NCBI GenBank assembly: GCA_016933575.1
Contig: JAFGAR010000040.1
Span: 32,001-96,000, forward strand
Direction: 5' to 3'
From: Candidatus Thorarchaeota archaeon
GTDB taxonomy: Archaea; Asgardarchaeota; Thorarchaeia; Thorarchaeales; Thorarchaeaceae
DNA: 64,000 bases
In this document: positions 9,367 to 19,127 of the stretch, in pieces
How positions within the stretch are numbered: position 1 is the stretch's first letter
Layout of the letters: every line of letters begins with the position of its first letter
Notes under the pieces: generated by a model
Databases searched by the model: none
What the model was told of the DNA's origin: nothing
The model's input: the letters and a program-made list of their open reading frames with translations, nothing else
Made by a program: the position numbers and the translations under genes

Positions 9367-11208
9367 TTAGCTTGACATATAGGGATCCTCATCGATGTCA
9401 ATGTCTGCATATCCTGCATCTCTAAGAAGATTTTCAATTGGTTCCGCTCCTGTGATCCAAGAGATTTTCCATGTGTTATCTTCCTGCAGTCGTAATTCCA
9501 CATCCGGCAGGTCTCCAAGTAAATTATGGTCCATCTCAATAGCATCTTGATAGGCACCAACGAGTGGGAGAATAAAATAAGAACTTGGAATATTTTCTAA
9601 CACTCCAATTGGTATTCCCTCTCCCATCTTTCCTCCCGGCATTGTAAGGGGTCTATTATCCTCGGAGAACCATATTTTTTCCGTATTTTGCATATAGAAG
9701 TTTGAGATTTCACCATCAGAATCACAAGTGATATCGACCAGTCTTACCGTTGTCTGAGGATGTTTCTGCAAATCTCTTGTTGGGATGACAGGGAAATGTT
9801 GCTGAACTAGTACATAATCTGCAATGCTGTTGAATACACTAAAGTTCCCAATAACAATGTGCTCAGGATACCAGAAACTTCGGGCCAGTCGATCAGAATG
9901 ATATGAATCAAGTTTCATCTCTCTCAATCGTGATCTGACCGTTCTCTCAAGATTACCAATCACCATCTCTTTCTCGAAGATAAAACCAAGCCCTGCAAGT
10001 GTCATACCACCAAAGTACTCATGGAAGTCGTTCCAGATATCAACCATATGATCCAAGGAAGTGGCTTTATCGATCCTGTCCAAATACTCTCGTTCTTTTT
10101 CTAGGGTACTCTCGGTTTCATATCTCCCGCTTCCTGTCGGAAATACTGATCTGACTTCAAGTGCTTGAACCACGATGAGTGCAGCAAGTGCTGTAACTCC
10201 TCGACCCGACTCAATCATGATGTTCGGCTCTGGTTGTCTATTGTGGTCTTCCTTCAACTGCTCCTTGATACCACTGACAATATTCCTTGCATATTGAAGC
10301 ATCAAATCGGGTGGATATGCACTCTTGTAGTCTATGGCGAGACCTCCGCCAAAATCAATAGCATCAAGTCTAGACAGTCCCATTTCCCGTAGTTCAGAAT
10401 ATATCTTTGTCATGAATCTACCAAATCTGGTAAAGGCCTCAATATTCGTTATTTGAGATCCAGCATGTCCTAGAATTGTCCGAACAGAACCAGCGAATCC
10501 AGTCTGTTTAAGCAAATCAACTACATTGTACAGGTCATGGATGCTTAATCCAAATTTAGAATCACGGCCTGTTGAATGTGACCAATGGCCTTCAACACTG
10601 AGGTATGGTTTGATTCGAAGAACAAGGTTCGTATTCTCGGCTTTGAAATACTTCGTTACTAATTGAGCTTCATGTATTGACTCGATAGAAATAGCTATGT
10701 CATAACCATCATCAAGACATTCTTGAATCAGTCTAAGATATTCAGGATCTTTAGCACCATTACAGATGATATGTCGATGCTTCTCATGCTTTGTGACTGC
10801 CTTGATAAGTTGTAACTCTGCCTTCGTGCCTGCCTCAAGACCATATTCAAAGTCCGACCTAAGAACTGCAGTCACGAAGTCACTTCTTTGATTGACTTTG
10901 ACTGGATAGATACCAATGAATTCACCAGAGTAGGCCAATTCTTTAAAGGCCAAATCAAAGGTGGTTCGTATTTTTTTTATCTGATAGGTAATTAGTTGAG
11001 GGATTCGTAAAGTGAAACTAGAAGTGTAACCTACTTGATTTCCATTCATGGATTTGACCGTATCAATAACATCTTGCAACGTGATTCTTTGATCACCAAG
11101 TTTTATGTATAGGTCTCCATTATCTGTTATATCTAAGAAATGTAGGTCATTTCTATCAATACCAAATACGGTCTTTGATTTATCAACTGACCAAGGGTGC
11201 TCTATCAT
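9367..11208 (-). CDS. speA: Biosynthetic PLP-dependent arginine decarboxylase (bacterial SpeA type)
   Basis: YPVKVNQ, GLEAGTKAEL, CNGAKD, KFGL, HAGSQI, DFGGGL, ESGR, DITCDSDG, GAYQD...HNLLG. Confidence 0.9.
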   Translation of the reverse strand: MIEHPWSVDKSKTVFGIDRNDLHFLDITDNGDLYIKLGDQRITLQDVIDTVKSMNGNQVGYTSSFTLRIPQLITYQIKKIRTTFDLAFKELAYSGEFIGIYPVKVNQRSDFVTAVLRSDFEYGLEAGTKAELQLIKAVTKHEKHRHIICNGAKDPEYLRLIQECLDDGYDIAISIESIHEAQLVTKYFKAENTNLVLRIKPYLSVEGHWSHSTGRDSKFGLSIHDLYNVVDLLKQTGFAGSVRTILGHAGSQITNIEAFTRFGRFMTKIYSELREMGLSRLDAIDFGGGLAIDYKSAYPPDLMLQYARNIVSGIKEQLKEDHNRQPEPNIMIESGRGVTALAALIVVQALEVRSVFPTGSGRYETESTLEKEREYLDRIDKATSLDHMVDIWNDFHEYFGGMTLAGLGFIFEKEMVIGNLERTVRSRLREMKLDSYHSDRLARSFWYPEHIVIGNFSVFNSIADYVLVQQHFPVIPTRDLQKHPQTTVRLVDITCDSDGEISNFYMQNTEKIWFSEDNRPLTMPGGKMGEGIPIGVLENIPSSYFILPLVGAYQDAIEMDHNLLGDLPDVELRLQEDNTWKISWITGAEPIENLLRDAGYADIDIDEDPYMSS

Positions 11209-11240
11209 TGTTGTTACTCCTGCAGATTGAGGAGAGGATA

Positions 11241-12707
11241 CTAGACATCCTCATCCTCTTTTATCGAATCTAACATTCCTTGGAATGCTCGAGCTAATTC
11301 ACCAATCTCATCGTCTTTTGAGATATATGATTGGTCAACTTGTAGGTCTTGAGTATCTAAGGGTTGTTCCCTGATTCTTGCTGCAGCATTTCTGGTAGCT
11401 AAATCCATAAGATATTGTAATGGCCGAGTGATTGTGTTAGCAATTGATACTGCGACGATTCCTGCTACAATAATTCCTCCAATCGTTGCAAAGAGGATGA
11501 ATGTTGCAGCTTGAGCATTTGTGTCTGCAATTCTTTGCTCGAGTGGTGGAATTGCTTCTAGAACTTCATCTAGAGGAACTGATATGATGCAGATGTAGTC
11601 TCCTTTTCCTACTGGTGTGTAAACCAGAATTCGCTCAGAACCATCTCTAGTGTATCTGAGAGTTCCTGATGTACCTGGTATTGTTATTGTATCAATCTGC
11701 GCTTGGGTCAATGCAACACTGCTGTCCGAATTGTCTTCAACATCGATTAGATCGGGTAACCCCGAGATGTAGGCATTATCCGGCACTTCAGGATGAGCGA
11801 CTACTCCTCCATTTGCATCAAGTAGGAACGCATAGCCTGTTTCAAGAACACTAACATCGATTACCTTCTCACGAATGTCCTCTATAGTGATGTCACCTGA
11901 GATGACAGCACGTCTCTGACCATTCCAGGACACAGCTTTTCCAATGGATATCAGTAAGACATTGTCGAACTCGTCATAATAAGGCTCAACAAAGACAGTT
12001 TCTCCATTGCCTGCCCAGATATCAAGATACCAGTCTTCGCCTCGTGGATTATAGGGATCTGATCCTCTATCTGCATCAGTACCCGCAAATATACTGCCAG
12101 GATAATTGATGAAGAGACCATCATCTGCAAAGGCTATGTATAACCAGCGAAATTCCAACTGATCATGGATTGCTCTGAAGATGAAGTCCATATTCGATAC
12201 ACGACCCAATTTGTCTGCATTCGTTGTTTCGTATGTTAGATAGTTTGTTGAATCAGTACCCGCAGTATACCAACTACTGTAGGTCCATGATACATTGAGA
12301 CCATAGTTAGCATCATACACATTATCTGCAGGGTCTGGTGCTACTGAATCATTCTCGAACAAGTAGTCATAGTAGACTTCTCTATTTGCATAAGTCGAGC
12401 TTGGATCAAAAAGAGCTTCCAGTTCCTTTGCTGCTGCTTCTATCATACCCTGTGCGCTTGTAAGTTTCTGATTGATGACTTGGGCAGTTTTCTGAGCTGT
12501 TAGATCCATGTTCGTTTGAATCTGAGTTTCTAATGCTAGAGAACTCTCGTCTCTTGTAAAGGTTCCAATGATATCAACAAAGGTTAATGATATGATTCCA
12601 GTTGCTGAGAGCGATACAAACGATATCACCAAGAAGGTGAGAATGACGTTTGTTCGAAATTTTCCCTTTTTCTTTGTTTGAGTTGTTTGTGCCATGTTCT
12701 CCTTCAC
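11241..12707 (-). CDS. TM-dCache_1-TM-HAMP membrane sensor with no output domain
   Basis: Two TM helices; WLYIAF...INYPG...YNPRGEDWY...EPYYD...SGDI; GYAFLLD..G.VVAHP; HAMP ITRPL...DEIGELARAFQGML, then stop. Confidence 0.85.
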   Translation of the reverse strand: MKENMAQTTQTKKKGKFRTNVILTFLVISFVSLSATGIISLTFVDIIGTFTRDESSLALETQIQTNMDLTAQKTAQVINQKLTSAQGMIEAAAKELEALFDPSSTYANREVYYDYLFENDSVAPDPADNVYDANYGLNVSWTYSSWYTAGTDSTNYLTYETTNADKLGRVSNMDFIFRAIHDQLEFRWLYIAFADDGLFINYPGSIFAGTDADRGSDPYNPRGEDWYLDIWAGNGETVFVEPYYDEFDNVLLISIGKAVSWNGQRRAVISGDITIEDIREKVIDVSVLETGYAFLLDANGGVVAHPEVPDNAYISGLPDLIDVEDNSDSSVALTQAQIDTITIPGTSGTLRYTRDGSERILVYTPVGKGDYICIISVPLDEVLEAIPPLEQRIADTNAQAATFILFATIGGIIVAGIVAVSIANTITRPLQYLMDLATRNAAARIREQPLDTQDLQVDQSYISKDDEIGELARAFQGMLDSIKEDEDV

Positions 12708-12711
12708 CTCC

Positions 12712-15567
12712 CTAGTAATCTACAGTTGTTCCTCCCACTTCTAGTTGTGCCATTAGAACACCTATCCTATCAAAGGCTTTCTCGATGTCCATCCTCACAT
12801 CAATACTGTCCACGACTGAGAGATATTGACCTTGGGGGATATTCTCACAGATAGACTCAAGGAGTTCTTCAGTTGTCATTTGTTTTCCAGTCTTCTTGGA
12901 GCGGACTCGTTTTTCAACCGCTGCTTTCAGCTCCTGTCCCACTCCAATGACTATGAGATTCACATCAAGATGATTATCCCGAATGAATCCTTCAATGGTT
13001 AGTGGTCGGTTTCTCATCAGACGGTCTTTCTCCGTGAGAATACCCTTCAGAACATCTAGCGAGTATGTATCCGAACTATTGTCTTGACCATCCGTAAGAG
13101 CAATGACCCATCTGTGTTCACTTGACTCTATTTTATTGAGTTCTTCAAGTGCTCTACCAAGTGCATCGTAGAAGGCTGTTGCATAATTTGGATACTTTAA
13201 TGCACTAAGCGCTTTGAAGATAGGACTGTCTTCTTCATCATATTCTCCTTTTAATGTAAGGGGTAGAATTTCACGATACGATGAATTGAATATGATTATT
13301 GAAACAGAGTCCTGTGGATTGACTTGACTACGGATGATTTCCATAGCTCCATTGACGGCCGCCTTGATTCTCTGTTGTGCTTGCATACTTCCTGAATAGT
13401 CAATTACCAAAGTCACGCTCTTCTTGTAAAGAATCGAGCGTCTGAGTTTCTCAGCTTTTCTTCGCACATCATGACTTGGTTTATTCAACTGGTCGAGAAC
13501 ATCTGCAAGTTTTTGCATAGCAAAGACAACAAGCCACATCTCATCTGTTGATTCCGCAAAAGAGATAGCCTGGTTATAAGCATCTTCTGCTTTTCGCCAA
13601 TGTCCTTGGACTTGGTATAGTTGACCTTCATGATACTTGATGTAAGCCAAGCTTCTCTCATAACCAATAGATTTGGCAGTCTTCTTTGCTTCATCAAAAC
13701 GTGACTGTGCTTGACTATATCTGCCATCTCTCATGAATACAAGACCCATGGCATCATATCGTCTCGCAAGACCATAGGAATTCTTCAAAGTGAGGTCGAT
13801 AGCTTGGGCATCTTCAAGAAGTTTCATCGATTTCTCAACATTGCCTCTATCCATCTCAACGAGTGCCATATTATGATAGATAGAAGATATCCTCATCATT
13901 GCATCTTTCTCACTTCCACCTTCTTCCTTTGTCTTCTCCAATAATCTATTAGCAATGTCAAGCGATTGTTCATAATAGTCCATGGCATTTCCAGGGTCGC
14001 CTCGTTGTCTGAACACGTTGCCAATATTCAGTAGCATTGTTTGTTCACCGACATCAATCATGAGTCTTCGACTTATCTCGAGAAGATTCTGATAGTTAGC
14101 AAGAGCTCTTCTAAGGTCTCCACGGATAAATGCCTCATTTCCAAATCGCATGGCCTCTTGGAAACTTAGCAATGCATCGACCGTTGTTCCAACCTCTTCA
14201 TACATCGCGCCTGCAGTTGTCACACCTCTTGTGAAATCTTGACGTGACATCTTGTTTACTAGTCGAGTCATCTCAGATATTGGTTCAACAATTGCACGCC
14301 CTCTTCGTCTTGATACACTGAACACTACAGCTGATACTCCGGCAAGGATACCTCCAAGTACTGCAGTAAGAATTAGAGTTCTTGTAGCTACAAGATTGAG
14401 GATATTCGTTGCAGGTCCGATGACATCTGAGTCTGGAACAACAACTACCAGAATATAGTCTGTGCCTTCTATTTGAGCAAAAGAGAGATGCCAAGTACTG
14501 CTCTGTTTCTGATAGGTCAACAGTCCTGCTTCATCTACTAGGACATGGCTTGTCAAAAGACTATGGAATGCAGTAGCTTCCGCACTACCAGATGATCCAA
14601 ACTCAAGGGTTTCAATCGATGCAACTTCTTCATCGAGAGCCTGATCTTTATGTGCCACTACGTTGCCAGCTGTATCAAGCATGAAGGCATAGCCATTTGA
14701 TAACACATTGAGGTTTAGTACTCTATCAAGAATTGTAGCCATGGTCACATCTGCAGAAACAACACCGATGAGGGATCCATTGTCAAATCTTACAGGTCTT
14801 CCCATAGATATGACCAATCCCACAGGATCGACATAGGGAGCTGTGAGAATCACCTGGTCATTGCTAGGAGCAATTGAGGCCACATTGGTATACCACTCCT
14901 GAGCATTTGCATCATAATCAAGCCCTGGCCCATCATAATCTAGAAAATAACTAAGGTCGTCAAAAGGATAGTTCTTGAAAAGGTGTTGATCTGAAACCGC
15001 TAAATCGTATCCCATGTACAACCACTTGTAATCATTGTTCATCTCATGAAGTGCTTTGAAAATGTTAATCATATTTGAAGAATAATCCAAGGCAACTTGT
15101 GTACTGGATGAAAAATCGTGAGGATCATTATTGTTCCATTCTGATCTTGGAATGAAATAGCAGTCAGCTGCAAATGAGATGTATTCTGATTCGTATGCTT
15201 CGACTATTGCATCATCGGTTTCAAATGTTCCAAGCAAGTCTGACCAATGCGGTTCTTCATTAATGTCCCAATAATAGCTATATTGCGGGGAGGCAGAAAT
15301 TCTACCATTAAACAAATCCTCACAATAAGCCTCCATCATAAACACACCATCGACATAGCTTTGCCATCGCTCTCCGATGAAGAGAGCTGTGTCATTGGAT
15401 AGCCTCTGGAGGTTTGCTAATTCCTCAGATTTGAGAGCCTCCGCTGCATCTCCTGCATTAGCATTTGCAACGGTGAAAATCTCACCCATTGATAATGCGG
15501 ATATCGCTAGCATTGGAACCAAAGCAACGACGATGAATGTGACTACTATTCTCTTTGAGATGTCCAT
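12712..15567 (-). CDS. TM-dCache_1-TM-HAMP-TPR-vWA membrane receptor
   Basis: Cache motifs (QEWY, APYVD, GVVSADV, GYAFMLD), HAMP, about 5-6 TPRs (LLNIGNVFRQRGDPGNAMDYYEQSL), vWA MIDAS DYSGS/TAFYDAL/LTDGQD. Confidence 0.85.
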   Translation of the reverse strand: MDISKRIVVTFIVVALVPMLAISALSMGEIFTVANANAGDAAEALKSEELANLQRLSNDTALFIGERWQSYVDGVFMMEAYCEDLFNGRISASPQYSYYWDINEEPHWSDLLGTFETDDAIVEAYESEYISFAADCYFIPRSEWNNNDPHDFSSSTQVALDYSSNMINIFKALHEMNNDYKWLYMGYDLAVSDQHLFKNYPFDDLSYFLDYDGPGLDYDANAQEWYTNVASIAPSNDQVILTAPYVDPVGLVISMGRPVRFDNGSLIGVVSADVTMATILDRVLNLNVLSNGYAFMLDTAGNVVAHKDQALDEEVASIETLEFGSSGSAEATAFHSLLTSHVLVDEAGLLTYQKQSSTWHLSFAQIEGTDYILVVVVPDSDVIGPATNILNLVATRTLILTAVLGGILAGVSAVVFSVSRRRGRAIVEPISEMTRLVNKMSRQDFTRGVTTAGAMYEEVGTTVDALLSFQEAMRFGNEAFIRGDLRRALANYQNLLEISRRLMIDVGEQTMLLNIGNVFRQRGDPGNAMDYYEQSLDIANRLLEKTKEEGGSEKDAMMRISSIYHNMALVEMDRGNVEKSMKLLEDAQAIDLTLKNSYGLARRYDAMGLVFMRDGRYSQAQSRFDEAKKTAKSIGYERSLAYIKYHEGQLYQVQGHWRKAEDAYNQAISFAESTDEMWLVVFAMQKLADVLDQLNKPSHDVRRKAEKLRRSILYKKSVTLVIDYSGSMQAQQRIKAAVNGAMEIIRSQVNPQDSVSIIIFNSSYREILPLTLKGEYDEEDSPIFKALSALKYPNYATAFYDALGRALEELNKIESSEHRWVIALTDGQDNSSDTYSLDVLKGILTEKDRLMRNRPLTIEGFIRDNHLDVNLIVIGVGQELKAAVEKRVRSKKTGKQMTTEELLESICENIPQGQYLSVVDSIDVRMDIEKAFDRIGVLMAQLEVGGTTVDY

Positions 15568-15634
15568 CTTCTCTTTCTCCCTTTGATTCTATGAATTATC
15601 ATTGTGTTAACATCAATTTCCAAACCTATCTTCC

Positions 15635-17080
15635 CTACCTTGCTTGTGCGTTTAATTCCTCTATCAATTTCTCTGTAAAATCCCGTAGGTCCATTTTTTC
15701 ATCCAGGATGAATAGGTCTCCTTCAAGTGTCCCTTTGACTGCACCTTCACCCAGAAGTATGATGAGAGTCCTACGAAGTATTCGTCGATCAACTCCAGTT
15801 TCTCTCTCCATCCGAGAAACATCAACACTGTCAGTTCCTTGCAATAGACTATAAAGTGTAGAACGTATCTTCGAAATATCTTGCTCCTGAAGTTTCCTTA
15901 TTCCTTTGAGTTTCTTGGTTTCTGTCCGTACAAATGTACTTCCATCAATATGTCCATCAATATCATTACACTGTATCATTGCCTGTAGACTACGGCGTAG
16001 ATTATAGGCAGCAGGTCTTGGAAGCGTTTTTCTGAGGATTCGATCAAGCTCCTTCAACTTGATTATATTATGCTTAGACGTGATAGAATCGATACTCTCT
16101 TGGATATATTCCTCAATGACATACTCCTCTATCATCTGGAGAGCTGCACCGCATGCACTGCATTTTGCGGCCTCTGGCGAGGTAGGAGCCCCACAATTCC
16201 CACATTTTATCGCTCTTCTATAGAGTATCTCCTTTGTCGAACCTATTTGTTGAAGAATCACCTGTTCAGTCCTGCTTGCTTTTCCTGTCTGTCCGATTTC
16301 CCAAAAACTAAGTTTCCTATCCTTTGTACTGACCACGAGATATGCAATATCGGAGATGTCATCTGGTACTCCTGTCGCCATTGCTCTTGGGATGTCGCCA
16401 ATATCTATTCGAGTTACTTCATTTCCATCAATATCCCAGACTCTAAGTGTCGGTGATAGGTCTCCGGTAACGAAGAGAGTTCTCTTTTCGAAAGATAGAA
16501 CTGCAAACACCATGATTCTATCACCGAGCTGGAGTTCTCGTAGTTGATAACCAGCAGCTGTCAAAATCGTAATCTTTCCGGTCTTGTCTGCAATAACCGT
16601 TTCAAGCTCTGTATCGTGTGTGATATCTTCTAGCCAGACATCAGCAATTGGCTGGTCGACATTTCTTGTGAAGATTGTATCCTTATCATCATTGTAAAGA
16701 ACTACTCTATTGTTTTCCAGTGCGACCACAACTTCTGCAGCATCATCCCCATCGATGTCTCGTGCATCACAGGCAATCACATCGCTCTCAAGTCGGATGT
16801 TCCAAACTGTACTTCCTCTATGGTCAACAACAAGTACTTTTTTGCCAACCCCGCCAACAAGAGAATCTGTTCCCTCTCCTTCAACATCTGCAACAGCGAT
16901 ACATCTGACCTTACTCGACCATTTTCTGGTGCTTGTGAGTGTACCCTTCGCATCGAAAACTCTTAGTCTATCTCCATAATCAAGGGAGAATACCTGTGTA
17001 CTTGAATCTCTTCGTTGTCTTACATAGACCGAATATACATTTGCAGCAATAGGTACACTTGCAACAGCGCGAATCTTCAA
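15635..17080 (-). CDS. FG-GAP-like beta-propeller + double Zn ribbon + two PCI-like winged helices
   Basis: DVEGEGTDSL, DIDGDDAAEV, DITHDTELET repeats; CGNC...CSAC; LQAMIQCNDIDGHID and LIILLGEGAVKGTLEG. Confidence 0.65.
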   Translation of the reverse strand: MKIRAVASVPIAANVYSVYVRQRRDSSTQVFSLDYGDRLRVFDAKGTLTSTRKWSSKVRCIAVADVEGEGTDSLVGGVGKKVLVVDHRGSTVWNIRLESDVIACDARDIDGDDAAEVVVALENNRVVLYNDDKDTIFTRNVDQPIADVWLEDITHDTELETVIADKTGKITILTAAGYQLRELQLGDRIMVFAVLSFEKRTLFVTGDLSPTLRVWDIDGNEVTRIDIGDIPRAMATGVPDDISDIAYLVVSTKDRKLSFWEIGQTGKASRTEQVILQQIGSTKEILYRRAIKCGNCGAPTSPEAAKCSACGAALQMIEEYVIEEYIQESIDSITSKHNIIKLKELDRILRKTLPRPAAYNLRRSLQAMIQCNDIDGHIDGSTFVRTETKKLKGIRKLQEQDISKIRSTLYSLLQGTDSVDVSRMERETGVDRRILRRTLIILLGEGAVKGTLEGDLFILDEKMDLRDFTEKLIEELNAQAR

Positions 17081-17147
17081 ATCGTTGATAGCACCTATTG
17101 GGAAAATTGTTGCATAGCCATATAAGTATACATAGATTTCGAGTAAA

Positions 17148-18227
17148 ATGATGACAAACTCCGGTCAATGTAGAATTGGCTTCCTCTGGAGTCCACTCCT
17201 AGAAACATTTGATTTCGGACGAAAGCATCCTATTCGAGTAGGCCGATTCAAACTACTACGAGACTTTGTAGATGAAGTTGGATTTCTAGATCTTCCGAAT
17301 GTTGAAGTCATTACCCCTGAACTTCTATCTGAAGATCTTTTAAAAACCATTCACTCGGAGGAATATATCGCAAAAGTCCAACAGATTTCTGAAACAGGAA
17401 TTGGTGATATTGATATAGATACTCCGGGATTCAGAAATATTTACTTCAATTCTCGAATTGTATCTGGAGCTTCAGTTACTGGGATTAAATCAGTGCAGTC
17501 TGGACTGGTAGATCACTTTGTTTCCCCAACTGGTGGCTTCCATCACGCCAAGTTTGGCGCTGGTGGCGGCTTTTGTATTTTCAATGATATTGCTGCTTGT
17601 GTTTATGAACTGAAGAATCAGGGAATCAAAAGAGTGCTAATAGCCGATTTTGATGTTCACCATGGCAACGGTACACAGACCTATTTCTATAATGATCCCG
17701 AAGTAATGCAGATCTCATTTCATGAGGACCCTGAATGGATGTTTCCACATGATGGATACATTCAGGATATTGGAGAAGGCTCTGGTCGTGGATACAATAT
17801 CAATATGCCTTTTCCAATGGACTCGGGAGATGCTGTCTATCGCTATGCTTTTGATGAATTGATCCCCCCATTAGTTGACTCCTATCAACCTGAGTTTATC
17901 ATCTTTATACCTGGTTTTGATGCTCACTACAAAGATCGTCTTGCTCATCTCACTCTAACAACTGACATGATACGATACATCGCATCTACAATCCATGATT
18001 TCGCTCATGAATACAGTTCTGGAAAATTAGGTGTCGTCACTGGTGGCGGTTATCACCATGAATCTCTCTGTTGGGGTCTTGGTACGGTTATGTCTGTTCT
18101 CTCTGGCTTGGACTTTGAACCACCCCCACAGCAACCACCATTTGATGATAATGAAGAAACTTGGGAAGAAGTAAAAAATAATGTGGCTCTCGTGAAAGAC
18201 CTCATCTTTCCAATTTTCAATCTCTGA
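17148..18227 (+). CDS. Histone deacetylase family (AcuC/acetylpolyamine amidohydrolase-like)
   Basis: GGFHHA, GFCIFND, DFDVHHGNGTQ, GFDAHYKD, GGGY. Confidence 0.92.
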   Translation: MMTNSGQCRIGFLWSPLLETFDFGRKHPIRVGRFKLLRDFVDEVGFLDLPNVEVITPELLSEDLLKTIHSEEYIAKVQQISETGIGDIDIDTPGFRNIYFNSRIVSGASVTGIKSVQSGLVDHFVSPTGGFHHAKFGAGGGFCIFNDIAACVYELKNQGIKRVLIADFDVHHGNGTQTYFYNDPEVMQISFHEDPEWMFPHDGYIQDIGEGSGRGYNINMPFPMDSGDAVYRYAFDELIPPLVDSYQPEFIIFIPGFDAHYKDRLAHLTLTTDMIRYIASTIHDFAHEYSSGKLGVVTGGGYHHESLCWGLGTVMSVLSGLDFEPPPQQPPFDDNEETWEEVKNNVALVKDLIFPIFNL

Positions 18228-18230
18228 TTG

Positions 18231-19127
18231 TTATCCAGGTCTCCAAAAATCAAGTATGTACTCATAGGTTGTTGAGAGCGTGATATAATTCGAAGGCCAA
18301 CCAAAGATACCAGCTTTATTCACGATATTCCTTCTATCCCAGATAATGGTATTTCGAAGTTCATAACCTGCATTTTGAAGAGCATTCGTTACATGGATGT
18401 GAGCAGGAATACGTTTTCCCTTCCACCAATAGTCGGTGATATTGATAACGCATCGGCCTCTTGGTTTCAATAGGGGAAGGATGCCCTTGAAGATGTCCTG
18501 AATAGCCAAAGAATATTCTTTGATATTCATAGTTCCTAAATCTGCTGGATGATCTGAATATTGTTGGACCTGCAAATAGTGCTCATCATCTCTTAGGTCT
18601 CCTCTTATGCTCTTGTTTTTTCGCTTACGATTCAGAAGATTAGCATATGGTGGTGACGTAATACAGAGACTAACTGTTTCCTCCTCGAAATAATCTCCAA
18701 TGTTCAAGGCGTCTGCACATATTGCTATCTGATTAGAGGTCTTCTTTGTTGTTTCTAACAATCTGTTGTTGCTGAGGTCAACGTACTCCTTTTTTAGATC
18801 GAAACCAACTGCATTTCTATCCAAATCCTGAGCAGCTAATAATGTCGTTCCTGAGCCAACAAACGGATCTAACACTAGCTCTCCTCTGTGAGTAAACAGG
18901 TTGATGCATTTAGATGGAAGTGCAATTGGAAAGACTGCAGGATGAATTTTCTTGTCACGTATGTCTCTCTTTTCATAGTAGAACTCCCAGACAGCAATCT
19001 GGTGTTGAAGCCACTCTTTTGCAGATAGGCAATTAATATGGTTCGATGGGCACCCACATGTCCGCTCATGTCGGATTCTGAGAGGTTTTGATATCTCCAA
19101 AGGTATCCCGTACCTACATAATCTCAC
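18231..19127 (-). CDS. Amino-DNA methyltransferase (SPPY, probable N4-cytosine), orphan
   Basis: HPAVFP, VLDPFVGSGTT (motif I) before ITSPPY (motif IV). Confidence 0.85.
   Translation of the reverse strand: MRLCRYGIPLEISKPLRIRHERTCGCPSNHINCLSAKEWLQHQIAVWEFYYEKRDIRDKKIHPAVFPIALPSKCINLFTHRGELVLDPFVGSGTTLLAAQDLDRNAVGFDLKKEYVDLSNNRLLETTKKTSNQIAICADALNIGDYFEEETVSLCITSPPYANLLNRKRKNKSIRGDLRDDEHYLQVQQYSDHPADLGTMNIKEYSLAIQDIFKGILPLLKPRGRCVINITDYWWKGKRIPAHIHVTNALQNAGYELRNTIIWDRRNIVNKAGIFGWPSNYITLSTTYEYILDFWRPG

Noticed and set aside
12712-15567. Calling the Cache+vWA protein an alpha2delta orthologue
   Set aside because: The vWA lies after TM2/HAMP/TPR (cytoplasmic), not inserted in the extracellular Cache domain.
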